Shown: positions 46,393-56,545 of the stretch, one piece after another
How positions within the stretch are numbered: the first letter of the stretch is position 1
Layout: every line of letters begins with the position of its first letter
Origin: an uncultured virus (IMG/VR IMGVR_UViG_3300010224_000009)
Taxonomy: Duplodnaviria; Heunggongvirae; Uroviricota; Caudoviricetes
DNA: 64,000 nt
IMG/VR virus record: IMGVR_UViG_3300010224_000009
Direction: 5' to 3' (one strand)
Notes under the pieces: generated by a model
What the model saw: the letters and a program-made list of their open reading frames with translations, nothing else
Database searches by the model: none
What the model was told of the DNA's origin: nothing
Program-made: the position numbers and the translations under genes

Positions 46393-48590
46393 TGCATCGA
46401 GCTAATATCATTTGGATATCTGACATGGCTTCTAATCACTTCGCCACACTTATCCTCATTCTCATTAGCCGCCTCAAACAGCGGCCTATATTCTTCATAC
46501 AAGGCAGGCGAAAGCAGCACGTATTGCAGCGTACCGGCCACCCTAATGCGCTTGTGGTATTGCAGCATGCCCTCAGCAACCATCGCTTTACGAAGATCAT
46601 GCGCAGTAGAGAAGACCTTGCCTTTGTTCTCCCGTGCAGCCCAAATTTCGAGCTCGCGAGTGGTCAATGCAGCCTTCACGTTCATGAAGATCATGCGTTC
46701 AGCAAGCTCTGCTGCCATGATCTCTTCCGGCGTACGGCTGGCCGCGATCATCTCTTTCTTCTTGGAGGTCATTGGGGCCGGTTCGCCACGAGCAACATAA
46801 TCTCCGTATTGCTCGGCCCAATGCTTGACAATGGCCAGCCCGCCAGAGTTAAGCCATGAGTTGAACTCGTCGAAGCGCTTGATTGGCCACTTGGCCTCGG
46901 TCAGCGTCGGGCAAAGCCAGCGCCGGTCGCTGTCCTCAATCTTCATTGCCTTGGGGCTGTTGGACGAGGCGAAGAAGTGTGCCCAATTCTCCGTCTTGTA
47001 GCGCTTCATGTTCTTCTCGTTGACCATGATCTCCGTATCGGTGATGTAGGTCTTCAGCTTATTGTATGCCTTCCAGGAGTGACCTGAATAAATTTCGGCA
47101 ACAACAACCAGACGGCGGTTCGCCATCCACGAGTTAAACTGGCTTTCAACAATATCGTTTTCCGTCGGGTAGCCGACATTGTTGACGCCGACCAGCGGGG
47201 CAAGGATGCGGTTGGACAAGGTTGTCTTGCCGACGCCCTGCGTTTCCGTAATCATCAGCAGGCCGTAGCCCATGCGAATTTCCGGACGAGCTATGAGGGT
47301 GGCGCACCAACGCAGAACTTCCCGCCGCTCGTCTTCCCGTGGCACAAGGTATTCCATGAAGTCAATGAACGGCTGCGCGTCGCCTACCGCTGCCTTGACA
47401 CTGGAAGGCATGTGCATGTTTATCGCCGAGGTCTCGCCTTCGGTTACTTTCCGACCGGCCACATCAGGACGATAGCAAAGCCGAGCCATACGGCCAGAAT
47501 AAGTCGAATTGAGAAGACGGCACGTATCTGCCACATGCGAAAATGCGGCAAGCATCTTATTGACGACCGTGTCAGTACCCAGAATATGAGGGCGCTCAAC
47601 ATTAACATAGAGATCAGCTTCGGGGACATAAGCCCATTCCTCAGTTACGTGTGGACGGATGATCGTGATCGGCTTGCCCTTTGGCTGCTTGATCTGGTCG
47701 GTCATCCAAGTTGCCGGGTGAACGCAGGCGTCGAACGACGGGCCGATGTAGAACTTCTTTCCATCGATTTTGCTGAACATACGCTTGGGGAACGGGTCAG
47801 CCAAGTCAAAGGCCGCAGGCCATTCGTCAGTGAACTGCACATGGAATGTCTGCATACGCAAATGCACAGAGATTTTGGCCACGGCTTCACGCCCCGGCTT
47901 ATCGTTGTCTGAAACGATATAGGCGCGCTTGACCCCAAGGCGATTGAGGACTTCCCAATCCGTTTTGTGCGGGTTGAATGCACCGCCAGACCAGCCAAGG
48001 TGTGCCCCGGCCTTGAGCTCTTCCAGCCATGGGTGTTCCTTGTTTTCGGCAACGATACGTTGGCAGGCACGCGCCGCCTTTGCGCCTTCATGGATGAAGA
48101 CGGTGGTGTGGTCGCCAATGGTTTCCAGACCATACAGCGGCAACTTGTTCGGCGGCTCAGCCGGACGCCACTTGTCGTCGTCCCAATAGGTCCAAGGAAC
48201 GTAGCGCTTTTCCTCGGTATCGGTGCGCGGGTCCAGACGATGCTGGAGCATCGTGATCTGGCCAAACTGGTCGCGGAACTCGAAGATGCTTTCGATGTCT
48301 GCCTCAGCCAGTTGCGGCGGCAGGTTGATCGCGTTGGCAAGCTTCTTGTAGTTGGGGAACTCTACCCGGCTGAACGCTTCCTTAATCTGGTTGCGCTCGT
48401 CCTCGGTCGGTTCATAGCCTTCCGTGGCATAGATGGTGCCATCATCATCGAAGTCGATGCGGCCAGCTTCCTTGAAATACTTGCCGCGCTTTTCCCGGAT
48501 TACTGCTGACTTGAGACCGGATGGTTCAGCTTTGAACCGCCGGAGATATTGAGCTACCTCCGGAATGTCATAAAGGCCCGAGATTTTCAT
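46389..48590 (-). CDS. primase-helicase (Toprim-like plus SF3/D5-like ATPase)
   Basis: FIHEGAKAA, SDNDKPG; QGVGKTT; FNSWM...LVVVAEI; FASSN. Confidence 0.85.
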   Translation of the reverse strand: MKISGLYDIPEVAQYLRRFKAEPSGLKSAVIREKRGKYFKEAGRIDFDDDGTIYATEGYEPTEDERNQIKEAFSRVEFPNYKKLANAINLPPQLAEADIESIFEFRDQFGQITMLQHRLDPRTDTEEKRYVPWTYWDDDKWRPAEPPNKLPLYGLETIGDHTTVFIHEGAKAARACQRIVAENKEHPWLEELKAGAHLGWSGGAFNPHKTDWEVLNRLGVKRAYIVSDNDKPGREAVAKISVHLRMQTFHVQFTDEWPAAFDLADPFPKRMFSKIDGKKFYIGPSFDACVHPATWMTDQIKQPKGKPITIIRPHVTEEWAYVPEADLYVNVERPHILGTDTVVNKMLAAFSHVADTCRLLNSTYSGRMARLCYRPDVAGRKVTEGETSAINMHMPSSVKAAVGDAQPFIDFMEYLVPREDERREVLRWCATLIARPEIRMGYGLLMITETQGVGKTTLSNRILAPLVGVNNVGYPTENDIVESQFNSWMANRRLVVVAEIYSGHSWKAYNKLKTYITDTEIMVNEKNMKRYKTENWAHFFASSNSPKAMKIEDSDRRWLCPTLTEAKWPIKRFDEFNSWLNSGGLAIVKHWAEQYGDYVARGEPAPMTSKKKEMIAASRTPEEIMAAELAERMIFMNVKAALTTRELEIWAARENKGKVFSTAHDLRKAMVAEGMLQYHKRIRVAGTLQYVLLSPALYEEYRPLFEAANENEDKCGEVIRSHVRYPNDISSMQ

Positions 48591-48811
48591 TTATTATCGC
48601 CTAGAAGCTTGTCCACGTTTTCAATTACTTCACCCAACTCTCGCCGCATGCGGAGCAAGTGTTCACGGGGCAGTGGCTTCTTGCGCTCCAGCGCCAAGGA
48701 GGTTTCTCTGACTATATTGGCCGTAAGTTTGAGCACCTGCTCCAGTATTGGTCCCGCCCGCATTCTTCGTTTCTTCCTGCTCAGGTTTGTGGTTCGGGTC
48801 CATATCCCCAA
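48587..48811 (-). CDS. small hypothetical protein overlapping the dnaE 3' end
   Basis: Fills the gap and couples to the primase start. Confidence 0.45.
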   Translation of the reverse strand: MGIWTRTTNLSRKKRRMRAGPILEQVLKLTANIVRETSLALERKKPLPREHLLRMRRELGEVIENVDKLLGDNK

Positions 48812-51629
48812 TGTACCGAACCATTTTAATGTTAATCATTCTGAAGTCGCGCGGCACGGTGCCCTTGATAGCATACAGGGCTTTGTTGGCGCGGCCTCGG
48901 TTGATGATCGGCTTGGCTAGAACCTCGTAGTCGAAGCGGCCGACCTTGGCATAAATGTTATCGGTGTCGTCGGCCAAATGCAGGCCGAGCGACAAGTGCG
49001 GACCGTTCACTCGATAGCCGCGCTTGGCGACGTTGAGTTCTTCGTTTTCGTCTTTAGGGTTGATCTTTGCCAGAGTGACAAAGACAAGAACTTCATATTC
49101 CTCACCAGTTACCTGAATGTCTTTCAGTGGAACCGGCGCGGACAATATGTTGCGCTCACGAGGGTCAGGCATGACCCTGCGGAAAGCATCCGCAATTGGC
49201 GCTAGACTGTCGACCTTTGTAACCGGGGCCTCTAGCAGCTTAGCGGCACGGGCGGGCAGAGGCAAGTTCAGAGCGCGAGCGCTGAGAATTTGTTGCACAA
49301 TTTTGGGGCCGATCCCCTTCACATTCTGCACCGGACCGATGAGCACCTTCTCTCCGTCCACCACACCAACGACCCATTTGTCGGTGGAGAACTCAGGATG
49401 AACCGGCAAGTAGTTGACGCCTTCCGCCTGCATTTCACGCAGGGCTTGCAACTGGCGCTCAATCTTGTCTTGGTGCGTCAGCGTCGCGGCTGCAAACTCC
49501 ATCGGCCAATGCGCCTTGAGGTAAGCGCACTGATACGATATGAGGCCGTAAGCGACCGCGTGTGATTTATTGAAGCACCACGCACCGAACGCGCACAGGC
49601 TGTCCCATACTTCGAAGGCGACGTCAAAGGGCACGCCTTTGCGGACACATTCTTCCTTAAACGGGTTGCCAAACTGGTCGAAGAACTCGCGCCCCAAGGA
49701 CTTTGACATGGCTTTACGGAGGTTAGAAGTGTCCTCCCACGATAGACCACCAACTTCACGGACGATGGACATGATTTGTTCTTGATACACGACAACGCCG
49801 TAGGTGTCGCGTAGATACGGCTCGAACACGGGATGGGGAATGTTGATCGGTTCTTTGCCGTTCTTCCGCTTGAGGTAGTGAGACGTCGAACCAGAAGAGA
49901 GTGGTCCCGGCCGCGCCAGAGCCGTAAGACTGACAATGTCGTCGAGGCACGTGATGTTGACTTCTTTGGCCACGCGCTGTAGCGCCGCGCCTTCAAACTG
50001 GAAAATGCCCGAGTATTTCCTCTGGTTAAGGACATCAAAAGCCGCCTGATCGTCTAGAGGGATGGTCTCGATGAACTCCCTTGGCTTGCCGATGGATGCA
50101 AGGCAGTCCTCGAATATGGATAGCTGCGTCAGACCGAGCGCGTCGATCTTTAGCAGGTTCAGTTCTTCTGCGTCTTTCTTGTCGCAGTATGTGCCGCCCG
50201 TGGAGCTATCCACGGCCACATATTCGCGCACCGGGCGTTCAGTAACGATGATGCCTGCCGCGTGCTTGGACTTGTTGGCCGGATGGCCTTCCATGCGCTT
50301 AGCAATCTCCATTTCCGGGTGCTCGGTGATAAGCTTCTGGCCAGCCGGGGTCATGGCGATGGTGTCTTCCACGGCCCGCAGTGCGCGTGCGTCGCCCGAG
50401 GAAGTTTCAATCAAGCTGTCCAGTACCGGGTTCGTCTTCCAGAACGGCACGCCAAGCGCTGCCCCGGCCTCCTGGATAACGGAGCGCGGCTTGTATAGCG
50501 ACACTGTGCCAAGCTGCGCCACGCGCTCCTTGCCATACAGTTCTTCCATGTGCTTGAAAACCAGATGGCGGTTCTGGTCCGAGAAGTCGATATCGATGTC
50601 CGGCAGGTCAAGACGGTTAATGTCGATGAACCGCTCGAAGAGCAAGCCATACGGGATGGGGTCAATTTGCGTGATCCCCAAGAGCCAGCAGACAAGGCTA
50701 CCGGACGACGAGCCGCGACCGGGGCCGACGATCATGTGCTGCTTGGCCCACTGGATCATTTCTCCAACGATGTAGAAGTAGTCGCCGAAACCCTTCTCGT
50801 CGATTAGAGTGAGCTCGCGCTCGAGACGTTGTCTATATACCGGATCATCGAGGTTGCACCCCAACTTAGCAGCGCCCTCGAGGCACATTTCCCGGAGCGT
50901 CTTTGGTTTCTCCGGCGATAGTAGCGTGCCGAGGGGTAGTTCCGCCCTGCACTTATCAAGTGCGGTCCGCAGATTGCTTCTAGCTCCAGCAATCGTTTCA
51001 TCGGTCGCACCTGTCTTCTGTATCGAAGCGAGCCACTCTTCGTCGGTTTGTATATGTTGATCATAGCTCTGCGTTGAGCTATTGATGCCGATAATTGTTT
51101 CGTATAGAACGCGGTCGCCTTTGTTCGTGTACCGATTGGCGCTCGAAGCAATGAACTGGAAGCCACGCTCCTGAGCTTTGTTGAAGTAGCCTTTATAGAC
51201 AGCCGGGCTAAGCGCGACGTAGGTGTCTTCGTCTGGCTCAATAAGGTCAAGGTTCGCACGGTGCCCGAGAACTTTGACAACTCCGGTTGCACGGGCCACC
51301 TGCTCATAGGTGAGGAGCGGAGTGTATCGAAACTGGTTGGTCGCAAGTTCAATGAGTTCGTGTATCGCCGCCACGTTTTCTTTTGCGAAGAAGCTGATTT
51401 CCGCAGTGGGCGGCTTTTTATCATGTAGTCCGGTCGTGACATTCAGCGTAACTCCATATACAGGACGCAGGTCTTTCTTCTTGCAGAGCTTGCGCCACCG
51501 CACGAAACCGAATGTCGACGCCATGTCGCAGATTGGGGCCGCAGGATAGCCGACCTCGACCAGCCGGTCCATCACTTCCTCGATGTGGCCCGTGGCATAG
51601 CTGTAAGAATATCCGGTCATAATGCGCAT
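48663..51629 (-). CDS. dnaE: DNA polymerase III alpha subunit
   Basis: GPGRGSSSGSLV, LLFERFI...R..LPDIDIDF, KHAAG, LLKIDALGL, VYQEQIM, FNKSHAVAY. Confidence 0.97.
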   Translation of the reverse strand: MRIMTGYSYSYATGHIEEVMDRLVEVGYPAAPICDMASTFGFVRWRKLCKKKDLRPVYGVTLNVTTGLHDKKPPTAEISFFAKENVAAIHELIELATNQFRYTPLLTYEQVARATGVVKVLGHRANLDLIEPDEDTYVALSPAVYKGYFNKAQERGFQFIASSANRYTNKGDRVLYETIIGINSSTQSYDQHIQTDEEWLASIQKTGATDETIAGARSNLRTALDKCRAELPLGTLLSPEKPKTLREMCLEGAAKLGCNLDDPVYRQRLERELTLIDEKGFGDYFYIVGEMIQWAKQHMIVGPGRGSSSGSLVCWLLGITQIDPIPYGLLFERFIDINRLDLPDIDIDFSDQNRHLVFKHMEELYGKERVAQLGTVSLYKPRSVIQEAGAALGVPFWKTNPVLDSLIETSSGDARALRAVEDTIAMTPAGQKLITEHPEMEIAKRMEGHPANKSKHAAGIIVTERPVREYVAVDSSTGGTYCDKKDAEELNLLKIDALGLTQLSIFEDCLASIGKPREFIETIPLDDQAAFDVLNQRKYSGIFQFEGAALQRVAKEVNITCLDDIVSLTALARPGPLSSGSTSHYLKRKNGKEPINIPHPVFEPYLRDTYGVVVYQEQIMSIVREVGGLSWEDTSNLRKAMSKSLGREFFDQFGNPFKEECVRKGVPFDVAFEVWDSLCAFGAWCFNKSHAVAYGLISYQCAYLKAHWPMEFAAATLTHQDKIERQLQALREMQAEGVNYLPVHPEFSTDKWVVGVVDGEKVLIGPVQNVKGIGPKIVQQILSARALNLPLPARAAKLLEAPVTKVDSLAPIADAFRRVMPDPRERNILSAPVPLKDIQVTGEEYEVLVFVTLAKINPKDENEELNVAKRGYRVNGPHLSLGLHLADDTDNIYAKVGRFDYEVLAKPIINRGRANKALYAIKGTVPRDFRMINIKMVRYIGDMDPNHKPEQEETKNAGGTNTGAGAQTYGQYSQRNLLGAGAQEATAP

Positions 51630-51632
51630 GGC

Positions 51633-52046
51633 TCAGCCCTCGTAGCGTGGATTGCGGGTAGCGATCATTTCGTTCAGCGTATCTATGACGCGGGTCGAAC
51701 TGAAATGTGCCAGCATGGCGTCCGGCAGTATGGTGATATGCGCCTCAAGGCCCCTGAGCATGGCGCAATCCGGCTCAAGTTGTTCGCGGGTGTAGTAGCT
51801 TATGCGGAACCCTAGCCCGCGCCCATTGGCACCGTTGCCAAGCGTCACCTGCTGCATAGCATAGGGTGCTAAAACAGGATATTTGCCAGCAAGGAACACG
51901 CGGGCTTTGTCCATATGTTCATGGAGGTCAAGCCTGCTGCAAATGAAAATGCTGTGCCCATGACCGCGCTCGAAGCGGGCCAGTGCGTCAATGACTGCCT
52001 TTGTGTGACAATCAACTTCCTTCTTGGGGCGCGTTCTCATACCCAT
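51633..52046 (-). CDS. hypothetical protein
   Basis: 137-aa ORF in the operon. Confidence 0.6.
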   Translation of the reverse strand: MGMRTRPKKEVDCHTKAVIDALARFERGHGHSIFICSRLDLHEHMDKARVFLAGKYPVLAPYAMQQVTLGNGANGRGLGFRISYYTREQLEPDCAMLRGLEAHITILPDAMLAHFSSTRVIDTLNEMIATRNPRYEG

Positions 52047-52570
52047 CCTCTTTTATACATTTCCAGGAAGCATCGCCCCAAGGCCATAGTGTCTGGTCCG
52101 GCGCGGTGGTGGTCAGAGAAGTCAACACCGAACAGCTTCTCGTGCAGCTTACCAAGGCTAAGACGATAACCTTGCAGCCATTCTGTCGCCTCAACCGTGC
52201 AGATTACAGGCGGCAGTTTTATTTCCATGCCAAGGCGCATGAACTCAATGGTCAGCATGTCGGTATCGAACGCGGCATTGTGTGCCACGATCAAATCGAA
52301 CTGGCTCATAAAGTCTGCAATTTCCTGAGCGTGTGACTTGAAGTAGTTGCAGTTCGCAACCATCTCGTCATTGATGCCTGTGATCCGATGAATTTCGTCT
52401 GTGATCTTCACTGGAGGCTTGATGAGCAGGGGCAGCGTGGTCCCAAGCTCGTCTTTCTCTGTGTCAGCCTCTACGCAGAAATATTCGATGATATGAGGCT
52501 GCTTGGCTAGGGGCCTACCGAAATTATCGATAAGCCCCGTGGTTTCCGTATCGAATATCCCGGCTCTCAT
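52037..52570 (-). CDS. dnaQ: DEDDh 3'-5' exonuclease (Pol III epsilon-like)
   Basis: FDTETTG, VAHNAAFD, HRA..D. Confidence 0.92.
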   Translation of the reverse strand: MRAGIFDTETTGLIDNFGRPLAKQPHIIEYFCVEADTEKDELGTTLPLLIKPPVKITDEIHRITGINDEMVANCNYFKSHAQEIADFMSQFDLIVAHNAAFDTDMLTIEFMRLGMEIKLPPVICTVEATEWLQGYRLSLGKLHEKLFGVDFSDHHRAGPDTMALGRCFLEMYKRGWV

Positions 52571-53112
52571 TTCTGGACGGGAGGTTCCGGAATTACGGCT
52601 GGCGGGGCGGGGTCGGCGGGTTCTCCGTCGAGAACGAGGCTGGCTTCGTCGGCCTCCGTGGACTGTTCGGGAAGCTCACTTGGCTCAACGACGGCTTCCT
52701 GATCAGCATGATGAACGGGCTGTCCAAGGTAACTGAGTGGGTCGATGATGAGCATGCGTTCGTTGCCGGTGATTTCGAGACCGGGATGGGCTTCGCTTGG
52801 GGCTTCATCCTCGGTCGGAAAGGTGGCAATTTCTGCATCAACCTCCGCCAGCATCGCGGTGTAAACCATGTCATCATGCAGGCTGTCCGAATGTCCGCCA
52901 GTATTGAAGTTCTCGCAGTAACGGGTCAGCTTGGCGACCTTCTGGGTCAGCAGTCCGAACCGATTATGGTCATCAATGCCGTCAAGCTTGACGCCGTTGG
53001 GAAACAGTGCGAGCATCACTTCGCCATGGCGCTTGTAATTGTCGCCATAGATTTTGTTACGCTCTTCATAGGTGTCTGCGCCCGAGCGCAGTAGTTCGGG
53101 GACGGTGGTCAT
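52567..53112 (-). CDS. all-alpha nucleotide pyrophosphatase-like / nucleotide-modification-associated domain protein
   Basis: EERNKIYGDNY...K..KL.R.......HSDSLHD..VY.AML (DUF6378-like pattern). Confidence 0.6.
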   Translation of the reverse strand: MTTVPELLRSGADTYEERNKIYGDNYKRHGEVMLALFPNGVKLDGIDDHNRFGLLTQKVAKLTRYCENFNTGGHSDSLHDDMVYTAMLAEVDAEIATFPTEDEAPSEAHPGLEITGNERMLIIDPLSYLGQPVHHADQEAVVEPSELPEQSTEADEASLVLDGEPADPAPPAVIPEPPVQK

Positions 53113-53555
53113 CCAATGGCTCCGTTTCTGACCTGCCAACATTCAATGCCAGCATTGCGCAGGGCTTCCACAACGTCGTCGCGGTCCTCAAGAGCAATGA
53201 TGGTTGCGTCGGGATATAGCTCCCGCACTTGCTCCAGATAAGCCAGCTTGAGGGCTGGCTCCTTGGTCTTTGGAATATCGAAATTGTCCCGCATTAGCAT
53301 ATGGTCCGGATGCACATTAAACGCGGCCAACTGCTTGCGGGTCTCTTCCCGATACTTCTCATAACGGCCCGTCACCACTACAAGCTCAAATGTCGACCAA
53401 TAAACAGACGACAGGAACTCGCAGATGAACGGGTGGCACGGGTCCTTTGGGGCGAGCCTTTCGTACTCGTCCCAATCGCCAGCCTTCATGAAATGGAGCC
53501 GGTGAGCATTGTCGGTCAAAGCGCCTTCAAGGTCCACCATTAGAACGCATGTCAT
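53109..53555 (-). CDS. HAD-family phosphatase (PNKP phosphatase-like)
   Basis: VDLEGAL (DxDGT variant), VTGR, LMR, LK, LEDRDDVV. Confidence 0.75.
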   Translation of the reverse strand: MTCVLMVDLEGALTDNAHRLHFMKAGDWDEYERLAPKDPCHPFICEFLSSVYWSTFELVVVTGRYEKYREETRKQLAAFNVHPDHMLMRDNFDIPKTKEPALKLAYLEQVRELYPDATIIALEDRDDVVEALRNAGIECWQVRNGAIG

Positions 53556-54055
53556 TCGACGGCCTCAGCCTTAATGCGTTCGCTGCCCCAAATGCGGGCA
53601 AGCTCGTCCATAATAACTTCACGGCGGTCGATGAAGTTCTTGGCCTTGGCCATACCTTCCAGCATGTCGCTGACATATGGCCAGTGATGTTCGGCTGGCT
53701 GAGAAAGCATGACATTGCAACCGTAGCCGAAACCGCTGAACGTGACAAAGCCGCAATGCCGCTCCGCCATGGAGCCGACAGTGTAGCCAATTTCGAACGC
53801 GGTGCCGGGGTCACGATCATCGATGCAGGCGACGACTATGTAGCTCGTGTCGATAGCTTCAATGTTTCGGTGATAAATCTCGTGGGCGACCTTAGCCCGC
53901 TCTTCCGGGGTCATGTCCACAAGAACCGGGCTGAGGTCACGCGGGTCGCAGACCGTGAAGCCAAGTTCACGCAGGCCCTTGATAGCAGCATCCATAACGG
54001 CGCGCTGCTGGTCGTTGAAGAAAGGTCCTGCTGCATAAATGTCGTACTTATACAT
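53552..54055 (-). CDS. nucleoside 2-deoxyribosyltransferase-family protein
   Basis: IYAAGPFF, N..AI.....VVA..D..DPGTAFEIGY, NVML. Confidence 0.85.
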   Translation of the reverse strand: MYKYDIYAAGPFFNDQQRAVMDAAIKGLRELGFTVCDPRDLSPVLVDMTPEERAKVAHEIYHRNIEAIDTSYIVVACIDDRDPGTAFEIGYTVGSMAERHCGFVTFSGFGYGCNVMLSQPAEHHWPYVSDMLEGMAKAKNFIDRREVIMDELARIWGSERIKAEAVE

Positions 54056-54065
54056 ATTCGCTCCG

Positions 54066-55223
54066 TTAAGCTGCCGGGTCGGGGATAGTTTGCATGTAGA
54101 GTTCCTGCCACATGCCTTTGGTCAGTTCGCGCTTGCTCATGTAGCCCATGATCTCGGCCCGCTGCTGACCGCTTGGGGCAAGGTCGTTGAAGCCATACCA
54201 CAAGGGGCAGGCCGGGGCCGGGTCTTTGCCCTCGTGCCGCAGGAGGTTGTCACGCCCTACGGGGCAGTGATCCTTGCCGTCACAAGGCAAAAGGAACGCG
54301 CCGTCGTCCCCAAAGGCATCATTCATGGCCCGAATGACGGGTGCCCACAAGTCCTCCTGCGCGATCCAGCAATTGCGCTTCCTGAGCATGCCCACGGCCA
54401 TGCTGGTAGGCATTACCATGGCCAAGCTAATGCAGGAGCTCACAGGAGCGGTGACAGCGTTGCGGTTGACATACTGCCACAGGGTATCTGTGAACATGAT
54501 TGGCCGGTGGCGCACAATTTGCGCCCGCAGCACAATCGGGATGCTCTTCAGATACACATGGACAAAGTCGCCCATGCGGGTAGCCTTGTCGTCCTTGTAC
54601 GGCTTGGAAACTTCCTCCATCTTGGGGAGCAAGTCCGCGTAGCCGTAAGTCCCGATCGGTACGTTATGGTAGATGGTGTCCTTGATCACGGTCTTGAGCC
54701 GCAGACCAAACTCGCTGAACATCGACAGCACGGAATTGTCCCGCTCAGAGCCGTCCATGAGAATGTTCTCAACGAACGCATGAATGGCGTCAGCGAAACG
54801 CAACAGAGTACGGGCCGAAAGCTTGACGGTGAACTCGGTCAAGTACACCATGGACAGCATTTCGCGGTAGTTGTCCTGTGCCTGCGTCGCCTTGCGGGCC
54901 ATCATGGTGTCGTAGCACAGCATGACTTCCGGATGGTTGACATACATCGGAGGAACTTCCCATTCCTCCAGATTGTCGACGCGGCTGGTGCGCGCCCATG
55001 CCACATGGTCCCTGAGGCTGAACAGCATCTCGCGGATAATAATCGGCACCTTCATCTGGAGGATAAAGTCCTCCATTTCGTTCACTGGCACGTCGATCTT
55101 GATGACGTCTTCAATAGAAGAGGTCGTGTCGTTCGGCCGACTGGTGCCCCAAGCCTTAGCGACAAAAACGCCCGTAGGCGCGCGGAGGACCGTAACCTCC
55201 ATGGATGCTGCTTTGATACCCAT
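54066..55223 (-). CDS. divergent tandem ThyX-like flavin-dependent protein
   Basis: PIVLRAQIVRHR in the second half; degenerate PIIIREMLFSLR....ARTSR in the first half; Cys-rich tail. Confidence 0.55.
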   Translation of the reverse strand: MGIKAASMEVTVLRAPTGVFVAKAWGTSRPNDTTSSIEDVIKIDVPVNEMEDFILQMKVPIIIREMLFSLRDHVAWARTSRVDNLEEWEVPPMYVNHPEVMLCYDTMMARKATQAQDNYREMLSMVYLTEFTVKLSARTLLRFADAIHAFVENILMDGSERDNSVLSMFSEFGLRLKTVIKDTIYHNVPIGTYGYADLLPKMEEVSKPYKDDKATRMGDFVHVYLKSIPIVLRAQIVRHRPIMFTDTLWQYVNRNAVTAPVSSCISLAMVMPTSMAVGMLRKRNCWIAQEDLWAPVIRAMNDAFGDDGAFLLPCDGKDHCPVGRDNLLRHEGKDPAPACPLWYGFNDLAPSGQQRAEIMGYMSKRELTKGMWQELYMQTIPDPAA

Positions 55224-55224
55224 G

Positions 55225-55893
55225 TTAAAACCCCTTGAAGAAAGCGCCGAACTGCATGGTCTTTTCGATGCGAGACCGATTGAGGATGGAGGAAAGTTCT
55301 TCCATCACCCAAAGCAGTGGGTCGTCTTTGTCGGCATTGGCAAGCATGGCTCCCATGACCTCGGAGACTTCCTGCGATACGCGCAGGAACGAGCGGTTGC
55401 CGAGCATGGAAAATTCAACCATGGTCTTATACACCACGGCGGCAAAGTCTGCCAGCTTGACAATGCGGCCTTCGATGCTCTTGTCCTTGGCCTTGCTCCA
55501 AGTCTCAAGCAGCGGTATCTTGAGGACTTCTTCCAGCCGAGTGATGGCCCGCAGTTCATACGCCTTGAGGCCGTCGGTGACCATGGTCGACGAATACTTG
55601 GCGGGCCGGTCAATGTCGCCGGTCAGCACTTCTTCAAGGTCGTGCGTCACTGCCTTCTTCAGCAATTCAGACATGCTGACCAAGACACCCTTTTGCCGGG
55701 TGCGCTCGCCGATGACATAGGCAAATGCCACGACAAAGCCCATGTGTTCCAGCAGGCTTTCGCGCTTGACCATGTGGTCGCGGGAATAGCGCTGCACATT
55801 GCTGGCTTGGTTCAGAATTTCCAGGAGGTTCTGCACATCGCGCTCCACGACATGCTTGGGGTTCAGTAGTGCCTGCTCGGTCTTCGCGTCCAT
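55225..55893 (-). CDS. HD-domain 5'-deoxynucleotidase (YfbR-like)
   Basis: V.RY....ESLLEH, HDLEEVLTGDI..PAK, IVKLAD. Confidence 0.85.
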   Translation of the reverse strand: MDAKTEQALLNPKHVVERDVQNLLEILNQASNVQRYSRDHMVKRESLLEHMGFVVAFAYVIGERTRQKGVLVSMSELLKKAVTHDLEEVLTGDIDRPAKYSSTMVTDGLKAYELRAITRLEEVLKIPLLETWSKAKDKSIEGRIVKLADFAAVVYKTMVEFSMLGNRSFLRVSQEVSEVMGAMLANADKDDPLLWVMEELSSILNRSRIEKTMQFGAFFKGF

Positions 55894-56543
55894 CAGTTGT
55901 CGCCCTCGGTTGCGGACTTCTTTTTCTTCTTGAGCCTGCCGTCAACTTCCTCGTAGAAGTCGAACTTGACAATCTGCCCCACGGTCAGCCCAAGCTTTTC
56001 GTAATCGATCTCCTCGCCCGCCTTGATCTTCTGGCGGACAAATGCTTGCAGGCTGGAGGCATGCACGCCTTCAACCATTTCTTCTTCGAACTCGACCTCC
56101 TCGTTCGGGTCGTATTCTTTCAGCATTTCGCGCACGCGGGCAAAGAAGTCCTTGGCCGCGTTGTGCATGTTCTTGGGGAACCGGACCGAAATGTCGGTCT
56201 TGATCAGCGCCGCGCCGCCAGCTTCTTCCAGCACTTGGAGAGCCTGCTCTTTGTCAAACTCTTCCTTGGGCAAGGAGCCGCTGACATAGCTGTCCAGCTT
56301 GGTTTTGATCTTGCCATCTTGGCTCTCGTATTTGCCCATGTTGGCATCTTTCATAAGATTGACCAACTCGAACTGCTTAATACGATTGAAGCGTCCCACG
56401 TTTACCTTGAGCGCTTCGTTGAGACTGTCGATGGTTTCCTGGATCGCGGCAGCTTCTTGCACGAGTGCCACGATCTTGTCGAGCTTGTCGGAGGAGGCGT
56501 CTGCCTCCTCCTTTGCCTTGGCTATGCGTTCCAGCAAGTCCAT
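55893..56543 (-). CDS. conserved phage replication-module protein
   Basis: Coiled coil followed by VHASSLQAFVRQ motif. Confidence 0.7.
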   Translation of the reverse strand: MDLLERIAKAKEEADASSDKLDKIVALVQEAAAIQETIDSLNEALKVNVGRFNRIKQFELVNLMKDANMGKYESQDGKIKTKLDSYVSGSLPKEEFDKEQALQVLEEAGGAALIKTDISVRFPKNMHNAAKDFFARVREMLKEYDPNEEVEFEEEMVEGVHASSLQAFVRQKIKAGEEIDYEKLGLTVGQIVKFDFYEEVDGRLKKKKKSATEGDN

Positions 56544-56545
56544 GG

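Noticed and set aside
48663..51629. Intein or intron in dnaE or terL
   Set aside because: Motifs are contiguous, lengths are normal, and no splice-junction or homing-endonuclease motifs are visible.
55225..55893. HD protein as DatZ of a 2-aminoadenine (Z-DNA) system
   Set aside because: No PurZ/adenylosuccinate-synthetase-like gene is visible in the window.
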